In this document: positions 27,750 to 36,830 of the stretch, in pieces
Layout of the letters: the number at the start of each line of letters is the position of its first letter
How positions within the stretch are numbered: position 1 is the stretch's first letter
Virus record (IMG/VR): IMGVR_UViG_2061766007_001531
DNA length: 48,866 bases
Reading direction: 5' to 3' (one strand)
Source: an uncultured virus (IMG/VR IMGVR_UViG_2061766007_001531)
Taxonomy: Duplodnaviria > Heunggongvirae > Uroviricota > Caudoviricetes
Program-made: the position numbers and the translations under genes
Notes under the pieces: generated by a model
Databases searched by the model: none
The model's input: the letters and a program-made list of their open reading frames with translations, nothing else
What the model was told of the DNA's origin: nothing

Positions 27750-28235
27750 ATGAACGTATCAGATAAAGTTTAGGTTGGAGAATCTACTGCTGGAACTTCA
27801 ACATCAACTAATTATACTCAGACATATCATCCATGCTATCAAACAGAAAAAGGATGGGAATGCCCACGCTGTAGACGTATAAATGCCCCGTGGGTAAGAC
27901 AATGCGATTGTTCTGGAAATAATTGGACAGTTACATCAGATTGGATTTATAAACCAGATTGGTGGAAAGAGGTTACTTGTAATCCAGATACATTTAAAGT
28001 ACACCCGGATTCTACTATATATCAAGTTGGCGGTAGCGATTATAAAGTAAATGGTACTTATGTAAATGTGGGCAGAACGCAATCCAATAAAATTAATCCT
28101 AATTCAATAACTACTATGTGGAATTGTACTAATCCAGATTAGTGTCATACACCTCATTATACTACTGAAACGGTAGTAACTGCTGATGGTATACATAATT
28201 TCTATAATTTAAAAACACCAAAGGAGACTAAATAA
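27750..28235 (+). CDS. Zn-ribbon-containing protein; 2 in-frame TAG (27771, 28140)
   Basis: SD AAGGAGG; GWECPRCRRINAPWVRQCDC; ends at TAA just before the permease. Confidence 0.75.
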
Positions 28236-28236
28236 T

Positions 28237-29508
28237 ATGCTATATAATATTAATGACAAACTACCTGCAAAAAGACTATTCGTCGCGGCAATGCAGCAGG
28301 TCATTGCCTGTTTCGTTGCTACCGTACTAATTCCACAGATTTGTGGAGTACCGATTGCACCAGCCCTTGTAGGTGCTGGTATTGGTACACTAATTTATCA
28401 ACTATTTACTCGCGGCCAGTCCCCAATGTTTATTTCTTCATCGGGAGCTTTCGTAGCCGCAATCATCGGTGCACTTGCTATCGGAACAGCACCTAATTTT
28501 ACTGCTGTAGCGATTGGCGGTATTATTGTTGGCGCTATTTACTGTATTATTGGCCTTATAATTAACAATCGTGGAACTGCTTGGATTAATAAATTACTTC
28601 CACCGGTTGTTATAGGTCCAGTAGTTGCGGTTATCGGACTTAATCTAGCAACATTTATTCCAACCTATTTTCAAATGAATGGACAGTATAGTCTATTAGG
28701 TTTTGGATTAGGTATACTTACACTTATTCTAACTGCTTTAATTTCTCATTATGGTAAAGGTTTTATAAAAAATCTTCCATTTTTGTTTGCTATCCTTATT
28801 GTATATGGAATCGCGGCAGTCCTAACGGTATGCGGCGTGCCTATTATAGATTTTAGTGTCTTTAATGGTATTCATCTATTTCAAGTACCCGACTTTGCGT
28901 TCTTCCATCTAAATTTTGGAGATTTCCAACTCGGATGGTTAGTACAAGTATTATTACTATTTGCGCCCTTATCATTAGTATGTATTGCAGAACATATTTC
29001 TGACCATAAAGCTTTAAGTGCAGTTATTGGAACCGACCTTACACAAAATCCTGGCGTTGGAAAAACTCTTATTGGTGATGGTATTGCTTCTACATTTGGC
29101 GGCTTTACTTGTGGTCTAATGAATACTTCTTATGGCGAAAGCGTTGGAACAACCGGTTTTAGTAAAATATGTTCAAAGTATGTAATTACTTTGGCCGCAG
29201 TAATTATGGCGGCTTCAGCTTTCATCGGGCCGCTTCAAGCCTTCCTAGTATCCATTCCATCATGTATTTTTGGCGGCGTAAGTTGTTGCCTCTATGGATA
29301 CATTACATTAAGCGGTATTCGTACTATTATTGACAATCATCTAGATTTAGTTCATAACAATAAGAATATTCTTATTGTAGCATCAGTTTTAACTATTGGT
29401 GTATCTGGCGCCGTATGTGACTTCGGTGTAATTAGTTTAGGAACCACAGCTCTAGCTATGCTAGTTGGCATTATTCTCAATCTTATTCTTAAAGAGAAAA
29501 AAGATTAA
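28237..29508 (+). CDS. Uracil/xanthine permease (NCS2, UraA/PyrP-like)
   Basis: Multiple TM helices; SSSGAF, PPVVIGPV, EHISD, NTSYGE signature. Confidence 0.9.
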   Translation: MLYNINDKLPAKRLFVAAMQQVIACFVATVLIPQICGVPIAPALVGAGIGTLIYQLFTRGQSPMFISSSGAFVAAIIGALAIGTAPNFTAVAIGGIIVGAIYCIIGLIINNRGTAWINKLLPPVVIGPVVAVIGLNLATFIPTYFQMNGQYSLLGFGLGILTLILTALISHYGKGFIKNLPFLFAILIVYGIAAVLTVCGVPIIDFSVFNGIHLFQVPDFAFFHLNFGDFQLGWLVQVLLLFAPLSLVCIAEHISDHKALSAVIGTDLTQNPGVGKTLIGDGIASTFGGFTCGLMNTSYGESVGTTGFSKICSKYVITLAAVIMAASAFIGPLQAFLVSIPSCIFGGVSCCLYGYITLSGIRTIIDNHLDLVHNNKNILIVASVLTIGVSGAVCDFGVISLGTTALAMLVGIILNLILKEKKD

Positions 29509-29525
29509 ATATAACTTCCTATTTT

Positions 29526-29582
29526 AGAGGAGTCGAAATATCGACTCCTCTATTTGACATTTTTTTAAAATTATATTATAAT
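29526..29582 (+). terminator. Terminator-like hairpin plus sigmaA promoter (29554-29582)
   Basis: AGAGGAGTCGA/TCGACTCCTCT; TTGACA-17-TATAAT. Confidence 0.8.
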
Positions 29583-29606
29583 GTATATAGAAAGGGGTAG
29601 ATATAA

Positions 29607-30056
29607 ATGATTTACTACGTTAAAGGAAATATACTTGATCCGGAATATAGAGTATTCTGTCATCAAGTAAATTGTCAGAAAGTTATGGGCGCAGGTCTTG
29701 CTAAACAAATTAAAGAAAAGTATCCAGAAGTCTATCAGGAATATGAAGATAGAGAGTATACTTTTCTTGGAGCAATTGACTGGGTTCATACGCGTGATAA
29801 CCGTATCTGTGTGAATATGTACGCGCAGGAAGATTATGGTAGATATGAGCGTTACACTGATTATATCGGTTTCGCGCAATGTCTTATAGAACTCTCTGAT
29901 TATCTCCATTCTGTTGATAAAGATGCGAAAGTAGCATTTCCAGATCATATTGGATGTGGACTTGGTGGAGGAGATTGGCGGGTAATCTCTGCCCTCATTG
30001 AAGATTTTGAAAAGACTATTAAGCAAGATGTATATATTGTAAGAAAGGAGAACTAA
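29607..30056 (+). CDS. Macrodomain protein (Poa1p/DarG/TARG1-like)
   Basis: VKGNIL...HQVNC..VMGAGLA...AFP..IGCGLGGGDW. Confidence 0.85.
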   Translation: MIYYVKGNILDPEYRVFCHQVNCQKVMGAGLAKQIKEKYPEVYQEYEDREYTFLGAIDWVHTRDNRICVNMYAQEDYGRYERYTDYIGFAQCLIELSDYLHSVDKDAKVAFPDHIGCGLGGGDWRVISALIEDFEKTIKQDVYIVRKEN

Positions 30057-30057
30057 A

Positions 30058-30384
30058 ATGGGCCTTGATATTTATATCTTTAAAGCGAAAACTAAGAAAG
30101 TATTTCAAGAAGAGAACTGGTATGATAAAGTAGAGGAAGTATGGTATACGCGCAAATACTGGGATCTTATTCATAATATGTCCTTTATTAAAGATGCAGA
30201 AAGAGATAGTGGTGATTTTATCCAACTAACTATGGATAATATCGAAGAAATGCTCCAATTTGTCGCGCATAATCGTGACTATTTTGATGGCTTTGAAACA
30301 GTTCCCCAGCTGTGCGAAATTATCGCTAACTTTGAACAGGATTATGAGGATGGGTGGCACTATTACTTCTATTATAGTTACTAA
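30058..30384 (+). CDS. Hypothetical phage protein (MGLD..)
   Basis: SD AAGGAG. Confidence 0.7.
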   Translation: MGLDIYIFKAKTKKVFQEENWYDKVEEVWYTRKYWDLIHNMSFIKDAERDSGDFIQLTMDNIEEMLQFVAHNRDYFDGFETVPQLCEIIANFEQDYEDGWHYYFYYSY

Positions 30385-30386
30385 CT

Positions 30387-30713
30387 ATGAAAGCATTACT
30401 ACTTACAAGTGATGTAGACAAAAGTAAGTACGATGAAGGAGCATATGGATATATCGCGCCTAAAATGTTTCAGAAGATAAATGAGAAGATCCCAGGCAAG
30501 AATGGAAACTGGCGTACTCTCTTATATTATCTTATTATGCAAAAGCAAAATAGCGAAGACTTCCGCCCTGCTGAAGAAACAATATGTAAAGCTTGCGGCT
30601 TTACCAGTACTTCAAGGTATCGTGAAGCGCGCGATAAACTATGCGAATTGGGATATCTAACTCATACTCCATATAAGGAACTTAGAATTAATTATGAGAA
30701 AATAATGGAATAA
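30387..30713 (+). CDS. Winged-HTH protein, possibly replication-initiator-like
   Basis: LLYYL....FRPAEETICKACG......REARDKLCELGYL wHTH pattern. Confidence 0.6.
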   Translation: MKALLLTSDVDKSKYDEGAYGYIAPKMFQKINEKIPGKNGNWRTLLYYLIMQKQNSEDFRPAEETICKACGFTSTSRYREARDKLCELGYLTHTPYKELRINYEKIME

Positions 30714-30714
30714 A

Positions 30715-30925
30715 GTGACCGGTGAAAGGATGGACAACCGCTCAACGGTCACCTCATTTTTAACTAATTTTAGGTATCCGTTGAAAGGATGTACCACCGG
30801 TCAACAATACGCCACCCGACCGGTGAACATACGAGAAGGTATCCGTTGAACGTACACATAACAAATAAAACAAAATAAGAACATAATAATGCGGTGCGTG
30901 TCGCCCTGGCGGGCGACCACCGCGG
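30715..30925. repeat. Iteron-like repeats, A-rich tract and GC hairpin (candidate origin)
   Basis: GACCGGTGAA (30717, 30818), GGTATCCGTTGAA (30773, 30838), inverted ACCG(C/G)TCAAC (30737, 30796), A-rich 30855-30890, hairpin 30891-30923. Confidence 0.6.
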
Positions 30926-30934
30926 GAGTTAAAA

Positions 30935-31174
30935 ATGAAAGCACCATATCTAACAAAAGACGATTTTTTAAACGAACAAACAAAAGAACAAATTATTATT
31001 TTCCTTCATAATACAGAACTTCAGCTTGAAAGTCTGCGTGAACGTATGGAAAAATTAACTGGCTGCCGTGAATTTGGCGCACTTGACGGTATGAATGGTG
31101 CCTGCGTTGAATGTTTCTATAATGAAAGAGAACTATGGGATAAATGTGAAAAATTCACATTTGACATAAAATAA
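30935..31174 (+). CDS. Hypothetical protein
   Basis: SD GGAG. Confidence 0.6.
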   Translation: MKAPYLTKDDFLNEQTKEQIIIFLHNTELQLESLRERMEKLTGCREFGALDGMNGACVECFYNERELWDKCEKFTFDIK

Positions 31175-31189
31175 AATTTATGTTATAAT
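31161..31189 (+). promoter_or_regulatory. sigmaA promoter
   Basis: TTGACA-17-TATAAT. Confidence 0.85.
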
Positions 31190-31212
31190 AAAAGAAAAAG
31201 AGGTCTCTATAA

Positions 31213-31641
31213 ATGGAAATTAATACTGAAATGAATAAAGTATTTGGGCAAGAAATGGCCAAACTTTTTGCGGCAACTATTAATGAAGAAGAATTAACAC
31301 AGAAAGCACAGCAAGTTTGGACTAATATGAATAAATCAGAATGGTCATATAATTCTAGAACCGATTCTGAAATTGAAAAATATATTAAAGATCAAATCTT
31401 AGATAGGCTTTATGAAAAAATTAAAGCTATTCTAAAAGAACCAATTAATGAAGAAGCACTTGAGAAGAAAGCGCGTGAGATGGTTGATAAAGCTCGGCGC
31501 GCAGGAGAAGAAGCGATTATACGAGATATGGCTCACCATATGGCTGATAATGTACTTTCTGCTTATGGTAGAGATGAACGCATAGTACAGGGAGTATTAT
31601 CGGAAATGCGTTTACAACACGAAAAGAATAGACTTTATTAA
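31213..31641 (+). CDS. Hypothetical helical protein
   Basis: ORF track; SD GAGG. Confidence 0.7.
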   Translation: MEINTEMNKVFGQEMAKLFAATINEEELTQKAQQVWTNMNKSEWSYNSRTDSEIEKYIKDQILDRLYEKIKAILKEPINEEALEKKAREMVDKARRAGEEAIIRDMAHHMADNVLSAYGRDERIVQGVLSEMRLQHEKNRLY

Positions 31642-31653
31642 TGGAGAGTTATT

Positions 31654-31980
31654 ATGACACTACTTGATACAGTTCAAATTTATACAACGCCATTATGGTT
31701 TATAGTTATTATGGTAGTCGCGGGAGCAACCTTATTAATTACTCTTATAGAAGGCGAAGGTGACAAAGCAGGAATTATTGCTCTTATTTGTGTATTTATT
31801 CTTGCGGTAGGGATAATACTTGGTCTTTGCGGTATCCCTAAAGTATATAGTCATGATGAATATATAATTGAGCTTGACGAAAGCGCAAGCGCAACCGAAT
31901 TCTTCAAAAATTATGAAATTACTAAAACATTTGAATATTCAAATGCTTGGCAAGTTAAGAAAAAGGATGGTGTAAACTAA
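31654..31980 (+). CDS. Membrane protein (2 TM)
   Basis: Two hydrophobic segments. Confidence 0.7.
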   Translation: MTLLDTVQIYTTPLWFIVIMVVAGATLLITLIEGEGDKAGIIALICVFILAVGIILGLCGIPKVYSHDEYIIELDESASATEFFKNYEITKTFEYSNAWQVKKKDGVN

Positions 31981-32270
31981 TGAAAGTAATTGCTAAACCC
32001 CGTGGTACGGGTAAAACTCGTGAACTACTAACTGAAGCCGCACTGAATGGCGGACAGGTCCTTACTATCAATAAACGCGCGCTTCAAAACAAAGCAGATG
32101 CTTATGGAATGTCCGATGTCCTCATTCTGGAATGGGATGATATGATGTATGGCGGATATGATCCGAATAAACCACTATACATTCATAAAGCAGAAGAAGT
32201 ATTTAAGCAATTATTTAAAGAAGATTTTGAACTTAAACTTGAAGGTATGAGTGTACTTATAGGAGATTAA
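31980..32270 (+). CDS. Small P-loop-containing protein
   Basis: PRGTGKT. Confidence 0.65.
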   Translation: MKVIAKPRGTGKTRELLTEAALNGGQVLTINKRALQNKADAYGMSDVLILEWDDMMYGGYDPNKPLYIHKAEEVFKQLFKEDFELKLEGMSVLIGD

Positions 32271-32271
32271 T

Positions 32272-32604
32272 ATGATAAGAATTGGTATTATATGTAGAGA
32301 TACCGCTCAAATAGAAAAAATTACTAATCTAATATATAATTATACTCATATGCCACCGCGTCGTCATACACGAGATTTAACAGAATGGCAATTTCCACTA
32401 TTATCAATAGAAATAAAATTGCCACTCTCTGTACGTGGTTGTAGATATGATATTGGATTCTATGATGAAAGTATTGATGAAGATATAGTGAATGATATTA
32501 TTTATCCCTGTTGCTTTTGTTATGGAGCAGGAAAACCAAGACCCTTAAAAGAATTTTTATGGAGGTTTCCAGAATGGAAAAATATGATTACAGACGCGCA
32601 ATAA
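32272..32604 (+). CDS. Hypothetical protein
   Basis: SD AGGAG. Confidence 0.6.
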   Translation: MIRIGIICRDTAQIEKITNLIYNYTHMPPRRHTRDLTEWQFPLLSIEIKLPLSVRGCRYDIGFYDESIDEDIVNDIIYPCCFCYGAGKPRPLKEFLWRFPEWKNMITDAQ

Positions 32605-33002
32605 CTGATGATGTTAAAGATTGGATTGTAAATGATTCTGATATTCTTGAAGAAGGAATTAAAGAATGGCGCGATGATGATCTATATAATTGGATCTATG
32701 ATGAAGTATTTGATGAAGATTCAATCACTGGTAATGGTGCGTATTATTATGGTACAGAAGAGTTTTGCTCTGAGTGTCTAAGTGGAAATTTTGACATTTT
32801 GTATAAAGCTGCGCATGAATTTTGTATAGATGATGAAATTAATGTATTAATTAAACACTATGAAAATAAAGATCTTGCACGCTACTTTGATTGTACTATT
32901 AGATGCTATCTGCTTTGGGATTGTATTTATCAAGCGGTAGATGAATTAAAAGCAGACGGCATACTTCATTATATAGAGGATTGTAAAAATGAAGATAAAT
33001 AA
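32574..33002 (+). CDS. Hypothetical acidic protein
   Basis: SD GGAGG; DSITGNG...D.TIRCYLL. Confidence 0.7.
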   Translation: MEKYDYRRAITDDVKDWIVNDSDILEEGIKEWRDDDLYNWIYDEVFDEDSITGNGAYYYGTEEFCSECLSGNFDILYKAAHEFCIDDEINVLIKHYENKDLARYFDCTIRCYLLWDCIYQAVDELKADGILHYIEDCKNEDK

Positions 33003-33231
33003 ATATAAATCACGCGAAGAAGCAGTAGCATATTTAAACTGGTACTTTAATGATGATGATGGAAGCGCAGATATCAATGCGGTAAATGCTTTTAGATATT
33101 TAAACGAACCAGTTAGATATAAGATTAAAATGGATGGTAAATATTGTGGTAATTGTGATCATCATATAAAATATGATTATATTTATTGTCCTTATTGTGG
33201 GAGAGTAATACAATGCCATTCTTTTCAGTAA
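32989..33231 (+). CDS. Zn-ribbon protein
   Basis: CGNC...YCPYCG. Confidence 0.65.
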   Translation: MKINKYKSREEAVAYLNWYFNDDDGSADINAVNAFRYLNEPVRYKIKMDGKYCGNCDHHIKYDYIYCPYCGRVIQCHSFQ

Positions 33232-33845
33232 TAATACCAGCATATAATTCAGAGCAATATATTAGAAAAGGACTTGATAGCATCAAGGCCCAGAGTTTCA
33301 CAGACTATGAACTAATTATAGTCTGTGATTCATGTACAGATGAAACAGAGAAAATCGCGCGTGAATACACTAATAAAGTATATAAAAGTACCTATGGCAG
33401 TGCTGGTGGCTCAAGAAATATAGGATTGGATCACGCGCAAGGCGAATGGATCCTATTCATGGATGATGACGATTGGTGGCTACATGAATATGCTTTTGAT
33501 ATATTAGCAAAGAAATGTAAAAATACGTCTGATGATATAGTAGCATTTAGTTTTATATATAAGGGGAATGGATATGCGACTTGTAGTAAAGAATGGATTG
33601 CTGTATGGAATAAAGCTTGGCGCCGTTCATTTATTAATAGTAAACCATATCGTTTTCCGGAAACCCTACTGTGGGATGATGTAAAATTTCATTATGATAT
33701 TAAAAATATAGCACGATATACGCTATGGGATATGCCGCTCTATTATTATAATTATGGGCGTGAAGGCAGTGTAACAGTACGCAAAGAAAGAGGAGAATTG
33801 CGCGAGCAAGAAGTCGCAGAACATAAACAAATTTATGGATATTAA
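33213..33845 (+). CDS. Glycosyltransferase family 2
   Basis: [34 protein letters not shown]. Confidence 0.9.
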   Translation: MPFFSVIIPAYNSEQYIRKGLDSIKAQSFTDYELIIVCDSCTDETEKIAREYTNKVYKSTYGSAGGSRNIGLDHAQGEWILFMDDDDWWLHEYAFDILAKKCKNTSDDIVAFSFIYKGNGYATCSKEWIAVWNKAWRRSFINSKPYRFPETLLWDDVKFHYDIKNIARYTLWDMPLYYYNYGREGSVTVRKERGELREQEVAEHKQIYGY

Positions 33846-34458
33846 AATTCAAAAACTAGAAAAATTAAAGAGAGATTTAGAATTACAACGTCTAAGTTGG
33901 GCCTCTCAATGCGCCGAAGTTGGCGAGTTTACCTATGCGGATAATCCTAAAATTTGGACTTGGGGTGAAGGCGCAAAACTCTATATTGGAAAATTTTGTT
34001 CTATCGGCGCAAATGTACAGTTTCTCTTAGGTGGAAATCATCATACTGAATGGTGTAGCACCTATCCATTTAATGTCTTAACACCAAGTATTTGTCCTAG
34101 TGAAGAGCGATGCGCATCTACTAAAGGAGATATTCGAATTGGTAATGATGTTTGGATTGGTAATGATGTAAAAATTTTAAGCGGAGTTACTGTTGGTGAT
34201 GGAGCAGTAATTGGATCTAGTGCCGTAGTAGCAAAAAATATACTGCCTTATCAAATTGTAGTTGGTAATCCAGCAACAAGCAAATTTAAAGAGAAACAAT
34301 ATAGAATATCACCAATCATAGCTGTTAAAATTTTAAATATAAAATGGTGGAATTGGCCTCTTGATAAATTAGCTGAAGCATTGCCAATACTTTGCTCAAA
34401 GGATTACAATGCTTTGCTTAAATTTCATGAAGAATGGAATCAAAAATTTGACAATTAA
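33835..34458 (+). CDS. CatB/Vat-like hexapeptide O-acetyltransferase
   Basis: [42 protein letters not shown]. Confidence 0.88.
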   Translation: MDIKIQKLEKLKRDLELQRLSWASQCAEVGEFTYADNPKIWTWGEGAKLYIGKFCSIGANVQFLLGGNHHTEWCSTYPFNVLTPSICPSEERCASTKGDIRIGNDVWIGNDVKILSGVTVGDGAVIGSSAVVAKNILPYQIVVGNPATSKFKEKQYRISPIIAVKILNIKWWNWPLDKLAEALPILCSKDYNALLKFHEEWNQKFDN

Positions 34459-34476
34459 TAAAAATTATGTTATAAT
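34448..34476 (+). promoter_or_regulatory. sigmaA promoter
   Basis: TTGACA-17-TATAAT. Confidence 0.85.
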
Positions 34477-34505
34477 TAAATGTAATAAGAAGAGGAAGTG
34501 ATGAA

Positions 34506-36371
34506 ATGCCTACACAAAAATATGATATTGATTCAATACAGAGCCTTGACTTTCGTGAAGGCGTTCGCACTCGTATTCAAATGTATCTTGGAAGCGATGA
34601 TATTGAAGGAACATATCAGGCTTTAAAAGAAATTATCAATAATAGTACAGACGAAGCGCTCGCCGGGTATGGTAAGAAAATTCAAATAGCAGTTAATGAG
34701 CAAGAAAATTCAGTAACCGTACGCGACTATGGACGTGGAGTACCATTTGGTACTAGAGAAGATGGCGAAAATGTTTTGGTATCTATCTTCACTAAATCAC
34801 ATACTGGTGGTAAATTTTCTCATGATGCATATAAAAATGCTTCAGGACTTAATGGAATCGGTGGTAGTTGTGTTTGTCTATCTTCAAGAACTTTTACAGT
34901 ACAAAGTTTCCGTGATGGTAAGAGAGCCGCTGCTATATTTGAAAAAGGAATTTTGAAAGAATATATTGAAGAAAAATGTACCAATCCTAATGGTACAAGA
35001 ATAGATTTTAGTCCTGACCCAGAAGTATTTTGTAATGGTGAAATTGGTTATAAATATGAACGTATTTGTCAAGATATTCAAGATATTTCATATTTATATC
35101 CTGGTATTGAATTTATAGTTTCTAATGAAACAGAAAGAAAAGTATATTGCGCGAAAAATGGTATCGTAGATTTTGTATCTACTAATGTAAAAAAGCCATT
35201 ACATAAACATATTATTACAGGTAGCGCAAGTGATGGAACAGATAGTCTTGAGATTGCTTTTCAGTGGGGTACCCGAAAAGAAACTGCATATGTATTTGTA
35301 AATGGACTTCGTTGTCCAGAAGGCGGAACACCAATTACTGGCGCAAAAACTGCTATTACAAAGACATTTAATTCTCTTACTAATGCTTCATTTGATGGAG
35401 ATAATATTCGTAAGAATTTGTTCTATGTTATTAATTGTAAGGTAGAAAATCCATCATTTGCCAATCAGACTAAATCTAAAATCAATAATGCTTCACTTCG
35501 TACACTAGCGTCTACCGCCTTCACTAATGCACTTAAAGAAATGAATACATTATATGCGAATGAATTTAGTGCAATAGTAGAAATGCTCGCTAAAATTGAG
35601 AAAGCTGAAGCAGCTGCAGAACGAGCACGTGAAGCAGTAATGAATATGGAGAAAAAGGAAGTAGAGCAGAAAAAACGCAAGGTTAGTACTTCCGACAAGT
35701 TTAAAGATTGCGAAAAGCATGGACAAGAATCTATGTTAATCATAAGCGAAGGTAATTCTGCTTTAGGTGGCCTGATGCCCGCGCGCGATGTAAAGACAGA
35801 AGCCCTGTATGCTGTGCGCGGTAAAGTTAAAAATCTAATGAAGCATCCACTTGAAGAATGTTTGGAGAATCAAGAAGTAAGTGATATCATTCTTGCGCTT
35901 GGATGTGGTATTCAAGAGAAGTATAATGCACGTAAATTGAATTATGGTAAAGTTGCAATTGCAACAGATGCTGATGTAGATGGATATGCAATTATGTGTT
36001 TGATTGCTACAATGTTTTATGTGCTTATGCCAAAGTTCATTGAAGAAGGCAGGCTATGCTGGTTACGTGCGCCTCTATATCGTTTAAGTAAAGGAAATAA
36101 GCGTGTATTTGCCTATGATGACGCGGAACTTGTGGAACTGAAGAAAAAGTATCCTGATTGGGAACAGGGACGCAATAAAGGATTAGGCGAGATGACAAGC
36201 AAAGATATGGAAGCATCTATGATGAGTAAGACTGATAGACATTTGGAGGTTCTTACTATTAGTGATGTGGAAGCTGCGCGAGAATCCTTGAAAATGCTAA
36301 TGGGGCCCGATGTTGATGACAGAAGAGATTTCCTGTTTGAGAATGTTGATTTTAGTATAATTAATAGTTGA
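34506..36371 (+). CDS. Type IIA topoisomerase subunit B (GyrB/ParE-like)
   Basis: EIINNSTDE, DYGRGVP, HTGGKF, GLNGIG, EGNSA, RGK, TDADVDG, KGLGEM. Confidence 0.95.
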   Translation: MPTQKYDIDSIQSLDFREGVRTRIQMYLGSDDIEGTYQALKEIINNSTDEALAGYGKKIQIAVNEQENSVTVRDYGRGVPFGTREDGENVLVSIFTKSHTGGKFSHDAYKNASGLNGIGGSCVCLSSRTFTVQSFRDGKRAAAIFEKGILKEYIEEKCTNPNGTRIDFSPDPEVFCNGEIGYKYERICQDIQDISYLYPGIEFIVSNETERKVYCAKNGIVDFVSTNVKKPLHKHIITGSASDGTDSLEIAFQWGTRKETAYVFVNGLRCPEGGTPITGAKTAITKTFNSLTNASFDGDNIRKNLFYVINCKVENPSFANQTKSKINNASLRTLASTAFTNALKEMNTLYANEFSAIVEMLAKIEKAEAAAERAREAVMNMEKKEVEQKKRKVSTSDKFKDCEKHGQESMLIISEGNSALGGLMPARDVKTEALYAVRGKVKNLMKHPLEECLENQEVSDIILALGCGIQEKYNARKLNYGKVAIATDADVDGYAIMCLIATMFYVLMPKFIEEGRLCWLRAPLYRLSKGNKRVFAYDDAELVELKKKYPDWEQGRNKGLGEMTSKDMEASMMSKTDRHLEVLTISDVEAARESLKMLMGPDVDDRRDFLFENVDFSIINS

Positions 36372-36378
36372 GGTAACT

Positions 36379-36546
36379 ATGACAGATAAAGAATATATCG
36401 CTCAACTAGATAAAGTTAGTAATGAAGAATTAATTAAAAAACTTGAATATTGCGGGCATGATGGATATTATAATGTAATATATTATCCAATACTTAGAGA
36501 ATTATGTAAACGATTAAATGTTGATTTTAGTATTATTAATAATTGA
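36379..36546 (+). CDS. Small hypothetical protein
   Basis: SD GAGGT. Confidence 0.5.
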   Translation: MTDKEYIAQLDKVSNEELIKKLEYCGHDGYYNVIYYPILRELCKRLNVDFSIINN

Positions 36547-36557
36547 AAGGAATAATT

Positions 36558-36785
36558 ATGGAAAAATATATTTCAGATATTAATGAAATGTTATTTATGG
36601 TTTATATTCATGGCGGCGATAATGGTGGACCATATGGTGTAAATGATGAAGGTGTTATTGAATCAATAAAGAAGTTTTTAATTCATGCCTCATTAGAGGA
36701 TAAATATATTCTTGGTACATTGAGTCGTAAATATAATAATGGAGTATACTTTGATGTGCCTCAAATTATTAAAATATATAATTGA
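36558..36785 (+). CDS. Hypothetical protein
   Basis: SD AAGGA; HGGDNGGPY. Confidence 0.6.
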   Translation: MEKYISDINEMLFMVYIHGGDNGGPYGVNDEGVIESIKKFLIHASLEDKYILGTLSRKYNNGVYFDVPQIIKIYN

Positions 36786-36810
36786 CAATAAATAAATTTT
36801 ATGTTATAAT
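36782..36810 (+). promoter_or_regulatory. sigmaA promoter
   Basis: TTGACA-17-TATAAT. Confidence 0.85.
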
Positions 36811-36830
36811 ATAAGAAAGGAGATGAGAAG

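Noticed and set aside
33835..34458. Antibiotic resistance gene (vat/catB)
   Set aside because: The family includes many sugar O-acetyltransferases, and pairing with GT2 favours glycan acetylation. Resistance cannot be claimed from sequence alone.
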